From Eledone cirrhosa (lineage: Eukaryota), in contig CAXHJY010001561.1 in assembly GCA_964016885.1 (NCBI GenBank), positions 1 to 64,000 on the forward strand: DNA of 64,000 nucleotides, written 5' to 3'. Below the pieces are notes generated by a model that saw only the letters and a program-made list of their open reading frames with translations, was not told the DNA's origin and made no database searches. This document shows positions 27,176-41,714 of this stretch, in pieces. Made by a program: the position numbers and the translations under genes. Position 1 is the stretch's first letter. Every line of letters starts with the position of its first letter.

Positions 27176-28581
27176 ACATACATACATACATACATACATA
27201 CATACATGTAATAACTGCATGTACACATATAACTCAAAATATACACATTCACACGTACAATAGCATCCATATCTACACATGCAGACATGCATACAAATCT
27301 ATCTAGTCGATGTTGTTTAAATTCCAATGAAAGAATCTTATGTCTATGTTAGAAACCGACTCTCTCTCTATTGATAAAAATTTATAAAATTATAAAATCA
27401 AAAGAACATACATACATACATACACACATACATACACACATACTTACGTACATAGATACATACATAAATGCATACATACATACAAACATTCAAATAGATA
27501 AATACATAAATAAATTTTAAAAAAATACAAACATACATTCATACATACATACATACACACGTACATAGATACATGCATAAATACATACATACATGCATCA
27601 TATACACATATATACACACACATGCAATCATACATACACATACATACATACGTATGTAAATTTACACATACATACATACTTCAAAAGAAAAATTTATATA
27701 CTACGCAGATATGAGTCCAATAATTACTACTTTATCTATAAATATATTTGCCATTAGTTATCAATGCGACTTTCTAAGGTTGAAATCGAAGCCAAGATAA
27801 ATGCATGTTGAAATTACGATACTCACGTCTGTAGTTAAACTGTATATTGTCGATTGGAAAAAAAGTTATTTTCCTTTTTCTATTCAATATATTCATATCT
27901 TATGATAGCTTTCACATCAATTCAATAGACATGTTGAATATACATGCGGCTAACACTTCAATCTATACAAAACCTGGAATAATACCCACGTTTTCAGATT
28001 AAACATTGCTCCAAAAACCACGGTTTACTTTATTCATAAACATCAACTATTTTCTCTATAATTCTACACTGAAACAATTTCTTTTTTTTTTTTTTTTTTT
28101 TTTGCCACATATATCGATTTCTATATTTTACAAGAGTTTACAAGTTTTCATTTCTTTCTGAAGCCTAAAGCTCCACATCGTTCTCAAAGATAAATGTATG
28201 ATGCGATATGTAGCGAAACCATCTCCAGCGGCAATCTGGTGCATTTGGTGGCAGACACAGGTTTCTTTGTCTGACAAACTGAAGATCACAACCTGTTGAA
28301 ATATCGTCCACTTTCCATTAGGTTTATCGTATTTTTTTATCCCCCATAAACCCCTCCCCACTAACAGCTAGAGGGTCAGAATTGGCCACACGCAGGACTG
28401 AGGCTCTCAATTTGGAATGGTTATTTGAACACGTCTACCTCGCTATCCTCTGTGGTAACGCTTTCTCCATTCTGTCCGTTGGAACCCTGAGGCGGTTTGC
28501 ACCTTTGCCTTTCATCCTTTCAAGGTCAAATTAATAAAGTACAAGCCCAACACTGGGGTTGGTTCTCTATATTCATGTATG

Positions 28582-28665
<84 letters not shown>

Positions 28666-29857
28666 GCGAGATACCCCTAGTCTTCATTAAGACATCTCTC
28701 TAGGAGAAAGTCACACTCATATAAAACCTGCGACTTCGTTTGCATCCAATGATGTAGACCAGTTCTTCTTTTTGGGCAAATGCATAGAGTGGGATTGGCT
28801 CCGTACAAAGCCTTTCCTCACTTAAAAAAGCTTCAAACACAAGCATTGCTTGATATGTGACATATTTTGCGATGCATTGCTGGCCATAGGCAAGTCCCTA
28901 GCAGGACTAAAAAGCCACGTCTGTGATGTTTATGCTTAAGTATCAAGTGATGGCATTACTCGAAATCGAGTTGCAGCCATGATCATCATCATCATGTATG
29001 TATGTATGTGCGTGTGTATGATTTTCGAGAAATGTCTATTAAATGCGTTTTCTTGACCTTGCACTGAGATTATTATTGTTCCATATAGTGTGGCCGTTAT
29101 TAAACATGATTATGATGATGATGAACACTCCATATTGTGTTCTACTGATAGCTTTGCTGTTTACGTTGGCTACAAATATTTGGAAGTTCTTAGTTAATGA
29201 TGATAAATTACATGCATTTAACCATTTAAAATACATTTTAAAATATTATATTACTGATCTCAACTCCACTTTTTTGCTATTTCAACATTTTCTTACAGTA
29301 ATGGAATGAGCAACTTTTTACATTTGATTTTAAATATGAACTGACAAAAAAATCTAAAATATTTTATTATTATTATTAATACATAATTTTACTTAGTGCA
29401 ATGCTTGTTAATATATTGTAATTTATATGTTTGTGCATACGATATTGTGAAATAAAGAACAAAGTTAGAACTACAGTTCCCACAGTTTATATAGAAATAA
29501 GGTTAAATTAATTAAAATAATATTACATATCCCTCTAAATAATTGAGCTATGTGGTTAAAGGAAATGTGTAAAGTGAGATATAAACAACTGTAGATGAAA
29601 AAATAAGAAAATCAAACTTATATTTCACAATTAATTAAATATGAAGAGGCTTACTAGAATTAAACAAAAAAAAAAAAAATACATAATGCAATTCATAAAT
29701 ATGTTTAATGGATTTTGCATGAAAATGGATTTGGTGAATGTAAAGGGTGAATTGAAGTTGACAGCATTTTAATTTTGTATATTAATGCTGTAGTAGAACG
29801 ATAATATATGCAAAATCGCTTGTTCAGAAGCTCACATCCCCTCTGCAATATATATAT

Positions 29858-30165
29858 ATAGGAGGTGAGTTTTATTGTAGTACAATAAAGCAATGCAGAT
29901 ATCGGATAAGAAGCACTCTACAGTTTGTGGGACTGGAGTATACATAATATATAAGATCAAAAGATGGTTAAATGAGTTCCATGTATTTTATTATGCGCAT
30001 TTCAGATATGTTGATTTAAAACTGCACTATCCACAAGTGTTTTTTAACCTTCATATCATGTCCTCCTATTTTATCTGATGAAAACACAAATGTTATTGCA
30101 TGATGATATTTGTTTTTGAAATGCGCATAATAAAATACATGGAACTCATTTAACCATCCTTTGAT

Positions 30166-30174
<9 letters not shown>
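29858..30174. mobile_element. PLE-like P1 head-to-head insertion
   Basis: Extension plus short minus arm (to 30004), then a plus copy at 30005-30174, with TA flanks. Confidence 0.8.
30067..30137 (+). ncRNA. Type I hammerhead ribozyme (P1)
   Basis: Perfect 8-bp stem I (tattttat/ataaaata). Stem II substitutions relative to 22306 keep pairing through G-U. Confidence 0.88.
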
Positions 30175-30211
<37 letters not shown>

Positions 30212-30554
30212 GTCGGTCGACAAGATCCCAGATAACGAGTGGAGTGGACCTCGTCAAATCGGACCGAGGAAACAATTTTTCCATTGGTCTTTCCAATTGC
30301 TAATACTATCTGTCGGTCGCAAATACAGGCAGAAGGAGCAGCATAAAGTGAAATAAAGTGTCTTGCTCAAGGAAATCATTCATCAGCGGTCCGGGAATCG
30401 AAATCACAACCTCAATATATATATATATATATTTATAGCGTCCGGAACGTTAAGACCCTCTTCCTGCTATTTCGAGCGTTAACCCTTCCATATACTGTAC
30501 CGATTGTGTTGTTATTTCTGTTTACCTTTTACATACATACATACATACATACAT

Positions 30555-30678
<124 letters not shown>

Positions 30679-30965
30679 GTGTATCTTGGCACCTTTAAAT
30701 TTCCCTCCTCTATATGATTTATACTTACATTCATCACTTTCAGGGTACATTCATAGCCGACCCCAAGCCCAATTTAAGGACACCGTCCACATTGACTCTA
30801 TTTCACATCACACCAAAACTCTGCCAATTTCTATATTGTTTTGGCAATCTATATTGGAAGAGTATATATATTTATAAGAATGGTGAAGTTTCGTTAACTT
30901 GTATTTACATTTTTATTGTGTACCGACTTGCGAAACGCACGTAACAAGTCGATATACACAGACAG

Positions 30966-31013
<48 letters not shown>

Positions 31014-31189
31014 TTGTATATATAGAAATGTGTGTGTGTATTCATGTGTATAATGTGTGTGAACACATACATTCGGTTTTATATTTCTTTAGTTTTACGA
31101 ATCATTGTTCGCTAGACTAGACTATAGGACTATTGACACATATCCATACATGTGTAAACACAGACACGTACATGTATACATATGTACAC

Positions 31190-31240
<51 letters not shown>

Positions 31241-31267
31241 TCCGACAATGACAATCACTAATATAAT

Positions 31268-31625
31268 TGTTTCTACTTTTGGCACAAGGCCAGCAATTAC
31301 CCAGTGCATTACTGGTACTTTATTTTATCAACCCCGTAAGGATGAAAGGCAAAGTTAACCTCGGCGGGATTTGAACTCAGTCCGTAAAGGGACGTAACTC
31401 TGCTAATATAATATAAAATAAAACAATCACTAATATAATTGTTTCTACTTTTGGCACAAGGCCAGCAATTAACCAGTGTATTACTGGTACTTTATTTTAT
31501 CGACCCCGTAAGGATGAAAGGCAAAGTTAACCTCGGCTGGATTTGAACTCAGAATGGCAAGGGCCGTAACTCTATGCGTCAAAGCATGGCGTCCGACCCT
31601 CTACCGATACTGCCAATCCACCGCC
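31268..31625 (-). mobile_element. Two tandem family A SINEs (31268-31403 truncated, 31440-31625 full)
   Basis: Target motif acaatcactaatataat occurs three times around them. Confidence 0.8.
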
Positions 31626-32299
31626 AACAATCACTAATATAATATAAAATAAATGGATAATATCTGCTGCATATAATCAATCAGTGGGTGATTACGGGTG
31701 CAGTAGTGGAAATACCTATATGACTTCTACTACATCATCTCAGTCTGTGCAATAGATATATCTGCAGAAAAACAAACAAAAGAACACTATCCATAATGCA
31801 TTGTCAGTAAGTCATAATTAATGCAAACGAGAATGCAATAAAATTAAAAACGTTAGAGGCACTAAAAACACTTCTTTATGTCAAATCACCGAAATTAAGC
31901 ATTTTCAAGCCAGGCTAATGTTTAGAAGGGTGATTATATATACACACTTCACTGGGTTTCATTTGACTAGTTTCAACAAGTTGCTTTGTTGTTTGAAGTT
32001 CGGTTGTTGTAGTTGTTGTTGTTGTATGGGTTTTTTTGTGGAGGTTTTTGTTGTTGTTTTTGTTGTTTTTTTTGTTTGTTGTGTGTTTTTCTTTGTTTTT
32101 TTTTTGTTTTTTTTTGCTGTTTATTTGTTATATAATTAATTATCAGCCACTTGTCTGTGACGGTTCTGCACTTGTAAGCTTACAATAGAATTATTTATGA
32201 TTTAACATCAGAAATCAAGCATAGATTTGCAATTTAGAATCCTGAGTCTACGCTGCTTTCATCTAATGCTCTAAGGACTGTGTGCTATTGACTCTTGGG

Positions 32300-33170
32300 G
32301 TTACTGTTGTTGTTCTTGTTGTTGTTGGTTGTTGTTGTGGTGGTGGTGGTGGTGGTGATGGTGGTGGTGGTGGCGGCGGTGGTGGTTCTGCTGCTACTGA
32401 TGGCGCTGATGCTCATAGTGATGGTGATGGTGCAGATGGTGATGGTGGTATTGGTGATAGTGGCGGTAGTTCTGTTGCTACTGCTGGCGGCGGTGGCGGT
32501 GGTGGTGGTGGCGGTAGTTCTGTTGCTACTGCTGGTGGCGGTGGCGGTGGTGGAGGTGGAGGTGGTTCTCTTGCTACTGCTGGTGGTGGTGGTGGTGGTG
32601 GAGGTGGTGGTGGAGGTGGTTCTCTTGCTACTGCTGGTGGTGGTGGTGGTGGTGGTGGTGGAGGTGGTTCTCTTGCTACTGCTGGTGGTGGTGGTGGTGG
32701 TGGTGGTGGAGGTGGTTCTCTTGCTACTGCTGGTGGTGGTGGTGGTGGTGGAGGTGGTGGTTCTCTTGCTACTGCTGGTGGTGGTGGTGGTGGTGGAGGT
32801 GGTTCTCTTGCTACTGCTGGTGGTGGTGGTGGTGGTGGAGGTGGTGGTTCTCTTGCTACTGCTGGTGGTGGTGGTGGTGGTGGAGGTGGTTCTCTTGCTA
32901 CTGCTGGTGGTGGTGGTGGTGGAGGTGGTTCTCTTGCTACTGCTGGTGGTGGTGGTGGTGGTGGTGGTGGTGGTTCTCTTGCTACTGCTGATACTCATAG
33001 TGATGGTGCTCGTGTAGGTGGTGGTGGTGTAGGTGGTGATAGTGGTGGTGGTGTTGGTGGTGGTGTTGGTGGTGGTGTTGGTGGTGGTGGTTGTTGTTCT
33101 CTTGCTACTGCTGGTCCTGATGCTCATAGAGATGGTGACAGTGCAGATGGTGATGGTGGTTGTGGTGTTG
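32300..33170. repeat. (GGT)n compound repeat with periodic tctcttgctactgct interruptions
   Basis: About 14 higher-order units with variable GGT number. Confidence 0.9.
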
Positions 33171-33392
33171 CTGCTTCTAGTAGGCTAGTTACTAGTAGTT
33201 ACCAGCAGAATTGTTATAGCACCTGGAAGAATGCCTCTAACATGATTTAAGTGCGCCTCTTTAAATTCTAAGTTCGATTCCCACCGGTGTCGATAACATA
33301 TCTAACAGTCCTTGGGTACTTGGGTAGATTTAATCAACCGTTTCTTATTTCATAGAGTGATGCTCTTGTGCCTGAGTTAGAAATCGTTATTG

Positions 33393-33575
33393 TGGATTGG
33401 TAGTATCGGTAGAGAGTCGGACGCCATGCTTTCCAGCATAGTTACGACCCTATACGGTCTGAGTTCAAGTCCCGCCGAGGTTCACTTTGCCTTTCATCCT
33501 TACCGGGGGTCGATAAAATAGAGTACCAGTAATGTACTAGGTAATTGCTGGCCTTGTGCCAAAAGTAGAAACAGT
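33393..33575 (+). mobile_element. SINE family A
   Basis: A box, B box and central domain are present. Confidence 0.8.
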
Positions 33576-33772
33576 TATTATAGTAGAGCAGTGACAGATA
33601 GAATCGTGTGTGTATCAGATACGTTGATTTGCGGTATTAAATCGTCTGTTTTTACGTTCTGATGTCAAATTCTGTCAAAATAGTTCTATCTTTTCGTGCT
33701 TTCAACGTAAATAGAAAAACAAAATCAGTCAAGTACTAGTGTCAATTAAATTAACTATGTATGTATGTTCCT

Positions 33773-34382
33773 GCAACTCCTGATAAAGTCGTAGGGGTGC
33801 CGTATTAACATACGGCGTTTCTAGGGCATTTTAACCCTGGCGGAGCCCATCCCTCTCCAGACTTGAGTACAGCAGATTTCTTCCAGAGAAAGATAGAAAG
33901 TGAGAGAGAAAAATGAGAAAGAGATATAGAGGTACTTTTCTTATCGACCTCGTAAGGATAAAATGCAAAGTTGAGCTCGACAGGATTTGAACTTCAAGAG
34001 CACTGAGCCGGAACGAATACCATAAAGCATTCTATCCGACGTTCTAACGACTCTATCAATTCACCGCCTTTAAATTGACTATAACCATTCCTCAAAGTTG
34101 TGCTTTTGTGCCAAAATAAGAAAGTCTAATTACTACAGGTTAGATATACGCCAAACTCTTCCTAACCTTTTATTCTTCCAGGATCGATATAATCGATTGT
34201 TCCCTTCTCATCAAATTTGTGGTCTTGTTCCTATTTCAGGAATCATGACCATTGCAGTGGGTCGGCAGAACCGGTAGAGCATTTGACAGAATGTCTTGTA
34301 GAATATAGGTGGGTTAACTTACGTTCTATGTTTAAAATCACAACTTTATAAGACATATAGTGGGGTTGATCTAATCGGCCCT

Positions 34383-34425
<43 letters not shown>

Positions 34426-34513
34426 TTTGCATCAATGTAGAACAAGCAGTCAAATCATGCTAAAATCACACCCTGTTGCTCTAAAAAGGAAGGTGCACAT
34501 TGAATTATGTAGT
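33773..34513 (+). repeat. Segmental duplication, direct copy at 56588-57443
   Basis: Collinear across several different repeats and unique stretches. Confidence 0.8.
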
Positions 34514-34828
34514 CCTGGATACACGACGAAAATATTTTAAGTCTATTAAACACGATGTGGTTTAATATATTTCTAAAAAATCTAATTATATAGTTTTTAT
34601 GATGATTGACACTTAAGCACCAGACAGATAGCGAGGGGGTAGCGGGTGGGGTGTATAATCGAATCAATCAGTTCACAACATTAGTTCTATATTATTTATT
34701 GATCCGTCAAACTTATTTATTCCCAGCAACTCGTAGCTTTACTTGATCTCGTTTCACCAATGTGTAAAATGAAAATATATACGAGCCACTGCGAAGTAGT
34801 TTGATATGCTAGAAATAGCAGCCATATA

Positions 34829-35023
34829 CAGACCTGTTAACTCTCCCGTCCGACGGGGAGATCTTCCACCCACTTTGGGGTGGTTGAGAGATGTCTTCTC
34901 TTGTGAAAATGGGTATAGCTTTCATTATGTAAAATCTCCCCATTTTGCTTCATTTCTCACCGTTTTGGGGCAGTTAAAATTCACGGTTCTCCCCATTAGG
35001 TTTTTTAGAGGTTAACAGGTCTG
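34829..35023. mobile_element. hAT-like MITE, intact
   Basis: TIR cagacctgttaac / gttaacaggtctg. A related partial copy lies at 62220-62336. Confidence 0.75.
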
Positions 35024-35432
35024 CCTATATATCACACACATCACATCCTACTGTCTTAAGAAATGTTGGACACATTAGATAATGTAATCTTAGGCACATT
35101 TTCTAGAAAAAATAAATAGACAGGATAGTCGCAGTCCGTATATTTTCAACCATGGATCAACTCGTTCAAGCTGACCTGGGGCTAAAGAAAACAAAAAAAA
35201 AACAAAAACGTAAGATATCTCTTTAATCTCTTTAATGTTTTTATCATTTGTGTGTATGTATGTATGTATGTATATATGTATATGTGTGTATGTATGTATG
35301 TAAGTATGTATGTCTTTCCTCACTTAAAAAAAAAATCTTCACGCACAGGCATTGCACGATACCATTAATTGATAATTATAAATAATGTTATATCGTGCAA
35401 TGGCCATACTTGATAATGAGGGGGGCAGCCAT

Positions 35433-36325
35433 CATGTATGTATGTGTATATGTGTGTATGTATGCGTATTTGTGTGTATGTATGTATATGTATGTATGTG
35501 TATATGTGTATATGTGTATATGTATGTGTATATATATGTCTGTATGTATGTGTATATGTGTGTATGTATGTATGTGTATATGTGTGTATGTATATACGTA
35601 TGTATATATGTATGTCTGTATGTATGTCTATATGTGTGTATGTATGTATGTGTATATGTGTGTATGTATATACGTATGTATGTGTATATGTGTATATGTA
35701 TGTATGTGTATATGTGTGTATGTATATATGTATGTGTATATGTATGTATGTGTATATGTGTGTATGTATATATGTATGTGTATATGTATGTCTGTATGTA
35801 TGTGTATATGTGTGTATGTATGTATGTGTATATGTGTGTATGTATATATGTATGTGTATATGTATGTCTGTATGTATGTGTATATGTGTGTATGTATGTA
35901 TGTGTATATGTGTGTATGTATATATGTATGTGTATATGTATGTCTGTATGTATGTGTATATGTGTCTATGTATGTATGTGTATATGTGTGTATGTATATA
36001 TGTATGTGTATATGTATGTCTGTATGTATGTCTATATGTGTGTATGTATGTATGTATGTGTATATGTGTGTATGTATATACGTATGTGTATATGTATGTC
36101 TGTATGTATGTCTATATGTGTGTATGTATGTATGTATGTATGTGTATATGTGTGTATGTATATACGTATGTGTATATGTGTATATGTATGTTTATATATA
36201 TGTCTGTATGAATGTGTATATGTGTGTATGTATATACGTATGTGTATATGTATGTCTGTATGTATGTGTATATGCGTGTATGTATGTATATATGCATGTG
36301 TAAGTGAGTGTGTGTATGTGTGTGC
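35433..36325. repeat. (TATG)/(TG) compound microsatellite
   Basis: Direct reading. It follows the tail of an RTE-derived element. Confidence 0.95.
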
Positions 36326-36901
36326 GTTGTTTATGTTCCTGTACACTTGATTGTACAATTTGTACCCATGTGACAGGAGAAATTAACGGGGGACATAATA
36401 TGCAGTTAATACTTTTTTTTCCTGCATAAATGTTGCATGAATCCTAAACTGTAATAAATGAAAATTGCATAGGAGCAGAATTAATTCCCATCTAGTTCTT
36501 TTCAAGAAACTAATATTTCAACAAATACTTCTCTATTCCGTTCTATCTATGCCTCGGTGATATTTCCTGTTAATATATTAAACGGCTGATTTCACAAGTC
36601 CGGGAACAGTACTCATGGGACAAAAATACTGCCTGCTTGACTTGTTTTCGTTTCTCATTGATGACCTTTATTAATCTTGCTTCTTTCAAGGATGTCTCTT
36701 TTCATAGTCTGCTCCAATATACAGTTGTGTGATTTATATATAGTTTTCACTCACTTCAAGAAGGAATATATGTTATCTATTATAATAGAGGTGTAAATGA
36801 AGGCATATACGATATGTTTATGTATAAATGACATACAAGAGTCTCGCTATGATTGTTTTAAAGCTGTGATCATGTCACGGTTATCTCAGTAACCGTATGA
36901 G

Positions 36902-36948
36902 AACGTCAGACACGTGTTTCTGGATTTTTATCCGTCATCAGTGACGTT
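36902..36948 (-). ncRNA. Minimal type I hammerhead ribozyme
   Basis: aacgtca-CTGATGA-c ggat aaaa atcc a-GAAA-cacgtg-TC-tgacgtt, with a 7-bp stem I and a GUC site. Confidence 0.88.
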
Positions 36949-37548
36949 TACTCATTCGGTTCTGAAACAAGAATAAGCTATAGTTTATATGCTTTTATGC
37001 GATCAGTGTTTCAATTGTTCAATCAGCGGAATAGCCTGCTCTTCAAATTACCGTGTATCTGATCAATCCACCGGCACGTACACCCGTAACGTAATTCTCG
37101 GGGAGATTCAGCCTAACGCAGTATGGGGCAAAGCTGGCTGTTTCATTTACAGGTACATTCCATCCGATGGATTTCAAACAGTTTCTGTCTATCTGGTTTC
37201 ACTCACAAGACACGAATCGACCCAAAATGCCACACAGTGCGATCGAACACGGGACCTCATGATTTCAAAACGAACTCTTTAACCAATTAACCATGCAGCG
37301 TCCACAAATCATTCCCTATGAATTGTGTAAGAATATTTGTGTCAGAGAGCAGATATAAGTTTTCCTTATCTGTAAGTGTCAACAGTTATAATATCTGTCA
37401 ACGATCTATGCTTGTATGGAGGACTTCAACCACGCCTTGAAACACGCTCCAGCCGATCAGAGTTAAAAGAGATACGAATCAACGTATGTTAGTTAATATT
37501 GGGTGATGATATTCTGAACTATTTTCTCCTACCAAGATAAAAACTTTT

Positions 37549-37597
<49 letters not shown>

Positions 37598-37600
<3 letters not shown>

Positions 37601-37863
37601 GATAACAAGTTATCGTTATAGGTAATCCAGTTAGAGGTTGTGAGTACTCTGCGTCGTGGATAGTTTTAACGTACGGCTTTGTTTGACTCAACAAGATGCT
37701 TCCATAGTTAGGCAGCGAGTTCGCGGTAATTTCTATACAGGTTATACTTGGAGTAATAATAGTTAAAGAATGAAGAGTAACATGGTTGGCTGTAGAATTG
37801 TCAGTACTTTAAATAAAGCCCTTACTGTACAGCCAACCATGTTACTCTTCATTCTTTAACTAT
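37598..37863. mobile_element. PLE-like P3 head-to-head insertion
   Basis: 36-bp inverted arms at 37759-37794 and 37828-37863. The 37598 end matches 19294-19320. TA flanks. Confidence 0.7.
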
Positions 37864-39143
37864 ATATATATATATATATCACAGAGATGATGCACTTTAA
37901 AAGCGCAGAAATCGGTGCACACGGATCGGCGAAACTGCAGTCGGAACTTTGAAGAAAAAATAGGTATATTTTTGTCTATTATTTCCTCATATTTTGTAAT
38001 TTGATATATATATATATATGTGTGTGTGTAGACATGGACTGAGCCAATACTGGCCGAAACCTATCAAAGTTACCAAAGTTATATATCATAAAAGTAACGA
38101 AGATCGCTGGTATTAAGTCGAGGTTCTCCGTTTTATACTTAATTTATTAATGCTATTATTTTGTATTTTATAGCAAATATGATTCACAAAATATATGTTT
38201 TATTAAAAATATATGCTTGATATATTAACAAAATTACTGTTTCCGCACGCTTGTTTGGTATGTATGTGTGTATCATACACACATATATGGAGGACAAATT
38301 ATTCGCTTATTTGGCTAAAATAGACTTTATGCAGTCCTAATAGAGTTGAGATGAAAAATAAAGGTTACCTGTTACTTACAAGTGGGTAAACGTCTATTAT
38401 GAAGCAGCTGACAGGTGTAGTTTTTGAATAACTAGCAAAAGAGACTGAATAAAGTTCAGTTATAAATAATAATAATAATAATAGTAATAACAATAGTAAT
38501 AATAATGATAATAATAGCGTTATGCTTCATCGTTCTTGTCAGCATATCCGGTTTGATAACGACTTCCGGCTTCGACACATCAGTACCCATGCTCTCTTAC
38601 TGCAAGGGTAGAGAGGACTATTTTGTAGGAGGTTACATTTATCTAGTGAAGCAGATGCAACCAGTTAATTTAAACAAATTGTTAAAGGTTGACATCTGTA
38701 AACACGACATTAGTTTTAGTCGGAGCAGTTGCAACTGGCCTTGTAAAGAAGGAAGCAGTTTGCCTAGTCTTGAGAATATCCGCTGACATAAATGAGAAGA
38801 TATTGCCGTTTTTTTTCAAAGGAGATGGTTTATATATTACTATCAAAGTGATGAATTGGAACAATGTCAGGACGTAGGATAGAATATTTTGCGGTGGTCA
38901 TTGCGGCTTTCTGAGTTCAAATCCCGCCCGGGTCAACTTTATCTTTTATCCTTTAGAAATCGATAAAAAAATGTACCGATATAGGGGTCCACTCCCTCTC
39001 TCTCTCTCATAAAAATACATTAAACCATATCGTATTTAAAACACTTAAAATACTTTCGTTGTGTATCCAGAACTACATAATTCAATGTGCCCTTCCTTTT
39101 TTAGGGCAACAGGGTGTGATTTGGGCCTGATTTGACTGCATGT

Positions 39144-39178
<35 letters not shown>

Positions 39179-39955
39179 CTGGGGGAAATCGGCTGAGCTC
39201 AGACCTGAACAGAGATGAGCCTTCAGGTTTAAGGTGCCCATCAAACAACGGAGTCCTTACAGCTCCAACAAGGGTCATACATTTATATATAATTCCTTGT
39301 TCTTAATTTAACTATATATGATAATATCAAACATATATATGTACCACAACAACAACCATCGGGTTATTATTTTCTGATTATTTTCTTATTATTTTCTGTT
39401 ATTTTACACACATGGGTTGTAAAATCTAAACTTTTGCATATTTTTCTTTACGAATAAATTTTCTCATCAAATAATAGATTTTATTAAATTATTCTTTAGC
39501 ATTATCATTTGTGCTTTGTGGTCCATTCCTATTTCGTGCCTTGACAAAAGCAACACTACTATAATGTGGTAAATAAATCTTCTCTAACTGTTGTAATAAT
39601 TGACATTGTATACTTCCGTGACAAGACAAAAACAAATAGACTGCATTATGTTGGGTATTTTAAAGCAAATCCTGTAATACTTTATTTCGTGTAGTTTTCG
39701 TGTCATGACAATAGCAACACAATTACATTCTATAGCGGTTTCTCTTCTCAATGTTAAAACAATCGTTCACGTCCAGTAGTTGTAAACACACACGTGCTGG
39801 GGAAGCTATGCACTGACCTAGATCTCGGACAAATGATCTTATGGGAAATGAAACGGGGTCATAATATACACTATCCCATTGGTAAAGGGTGGAAATATAA
39901 AAACAGATATGCCCTCAGGGAAATTTCAACCAGTCGTCAGCCAATTGGTAATAGG

Positions 39956-40735
<780 letters not shown>

Positions 40736-41123
40736 CATACAACATATATATATATAAAGATAAAACAAACAGAACTTAGGGATGGGATAATTTTGGTAAA
40801 ATCATTATCTTTTCAAGGGCTCCTTTCCGCTTAAATGGTTACATACTCATATATTTTATTAAGAGGTTCGTTGTCCTTTCTAATGGCGTAAAATCCAAAA
40901 TAAAATCCTTTGTAATTTTATAGTGACGATGGTAAAACAACATCACTAAATTATAGACTACGCATCTGGCACCTAATCCTAGCTGATCATTGAGAAGTGA
41001 AGATTAAAATGAGATAGAGATTGTCATTTGGTCTCATGGGTCAGATATATCACATATATATATGTGTGTGTATATATATATGTGTGTGTATGTGTATATA
41101 TATATATATATATATATCATATA

Positions 41124-41178
<55 letters not shown>

Positions 41179-41224
41179 AGATAAAATAAATAAGTCAAAT
41201 GTTTAAAATTTAGCTTCGTTTATT

Positions 41225-41281
41225 ACTGCTATATATATATTTCGGTGACAGCCATCTTTGGCTTTGAGCTCTTCAGGCAGT
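41225..41281 (-). ncRNA. Type I hammerhead ribozyme
   Basis: actgc-CTGAAGA-stem II (agcca/tggct)-GAAA-tatatata-TA-gcagt. The base of stem II is imperfect. Confidence 0.65.
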
Positions 41282-41392
41282 CCGAATTAGTGTGCATATG
41301 TACATATGTTGTTGAGGCGTATAACTTTGTCAATACTCTGATATGCCCAGTTCCTGGTTGAGTTGTTATTTCACTGAGGAACTGGAATCATA

Positions 41393-41433
<41 letters not shown>

Positions 41434-41434
<1 letters not shown>

Positions 41435-41639
41435 GTAGGAGGTGAGTTTTATTGTAGTACAATAAAGCAATGCAGATATCGGATAAGAAGCACTCTACAG
41501 TTTGTAGGACTGGAGTATACATAATATAAGATCAAAAGATGGTTAAAGGTGGTTAAAGGAGTTCCATGTATTTTATTATGCGCATTTCAAAAACAAACAT
41601 CATCATGCAATAATATTTGTGTTTTCATCAGATAAAACA
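41434..41639 (-). mobile_element. PLE-like P1 3' end with extension; hammerhead at 41569-41639
   Basis: Near-identical to 21994-22189 apart from a 10-bp tandem duplication (ggttaaaggt). TA flanks. Confidence 0.8.
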
Positions 41640-41642
41640 TAA

Positions 41643-41714
<72 letters not shown>

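Noticed and set aside
32282-33250. Gly-rich, Thr-rich or Val-rich protein gene
   Set aside because: A trinucleotide repeat is open in several frames. The Gly-rich frame starts at GTG, there is almost no codon variation, and I see no splice evidence.
38505-38877. Possible exon or ORF with a nearby acttccgg (ETS-like) motif
   Set aside because: No recognisable domain or convincing splice sites, and short ORFs occur in several frames.
39815-39870. Mariner transposase N-terminus ([10 protein letters not shown])
   Set aside because: Too short, with no continuation or TIR support.
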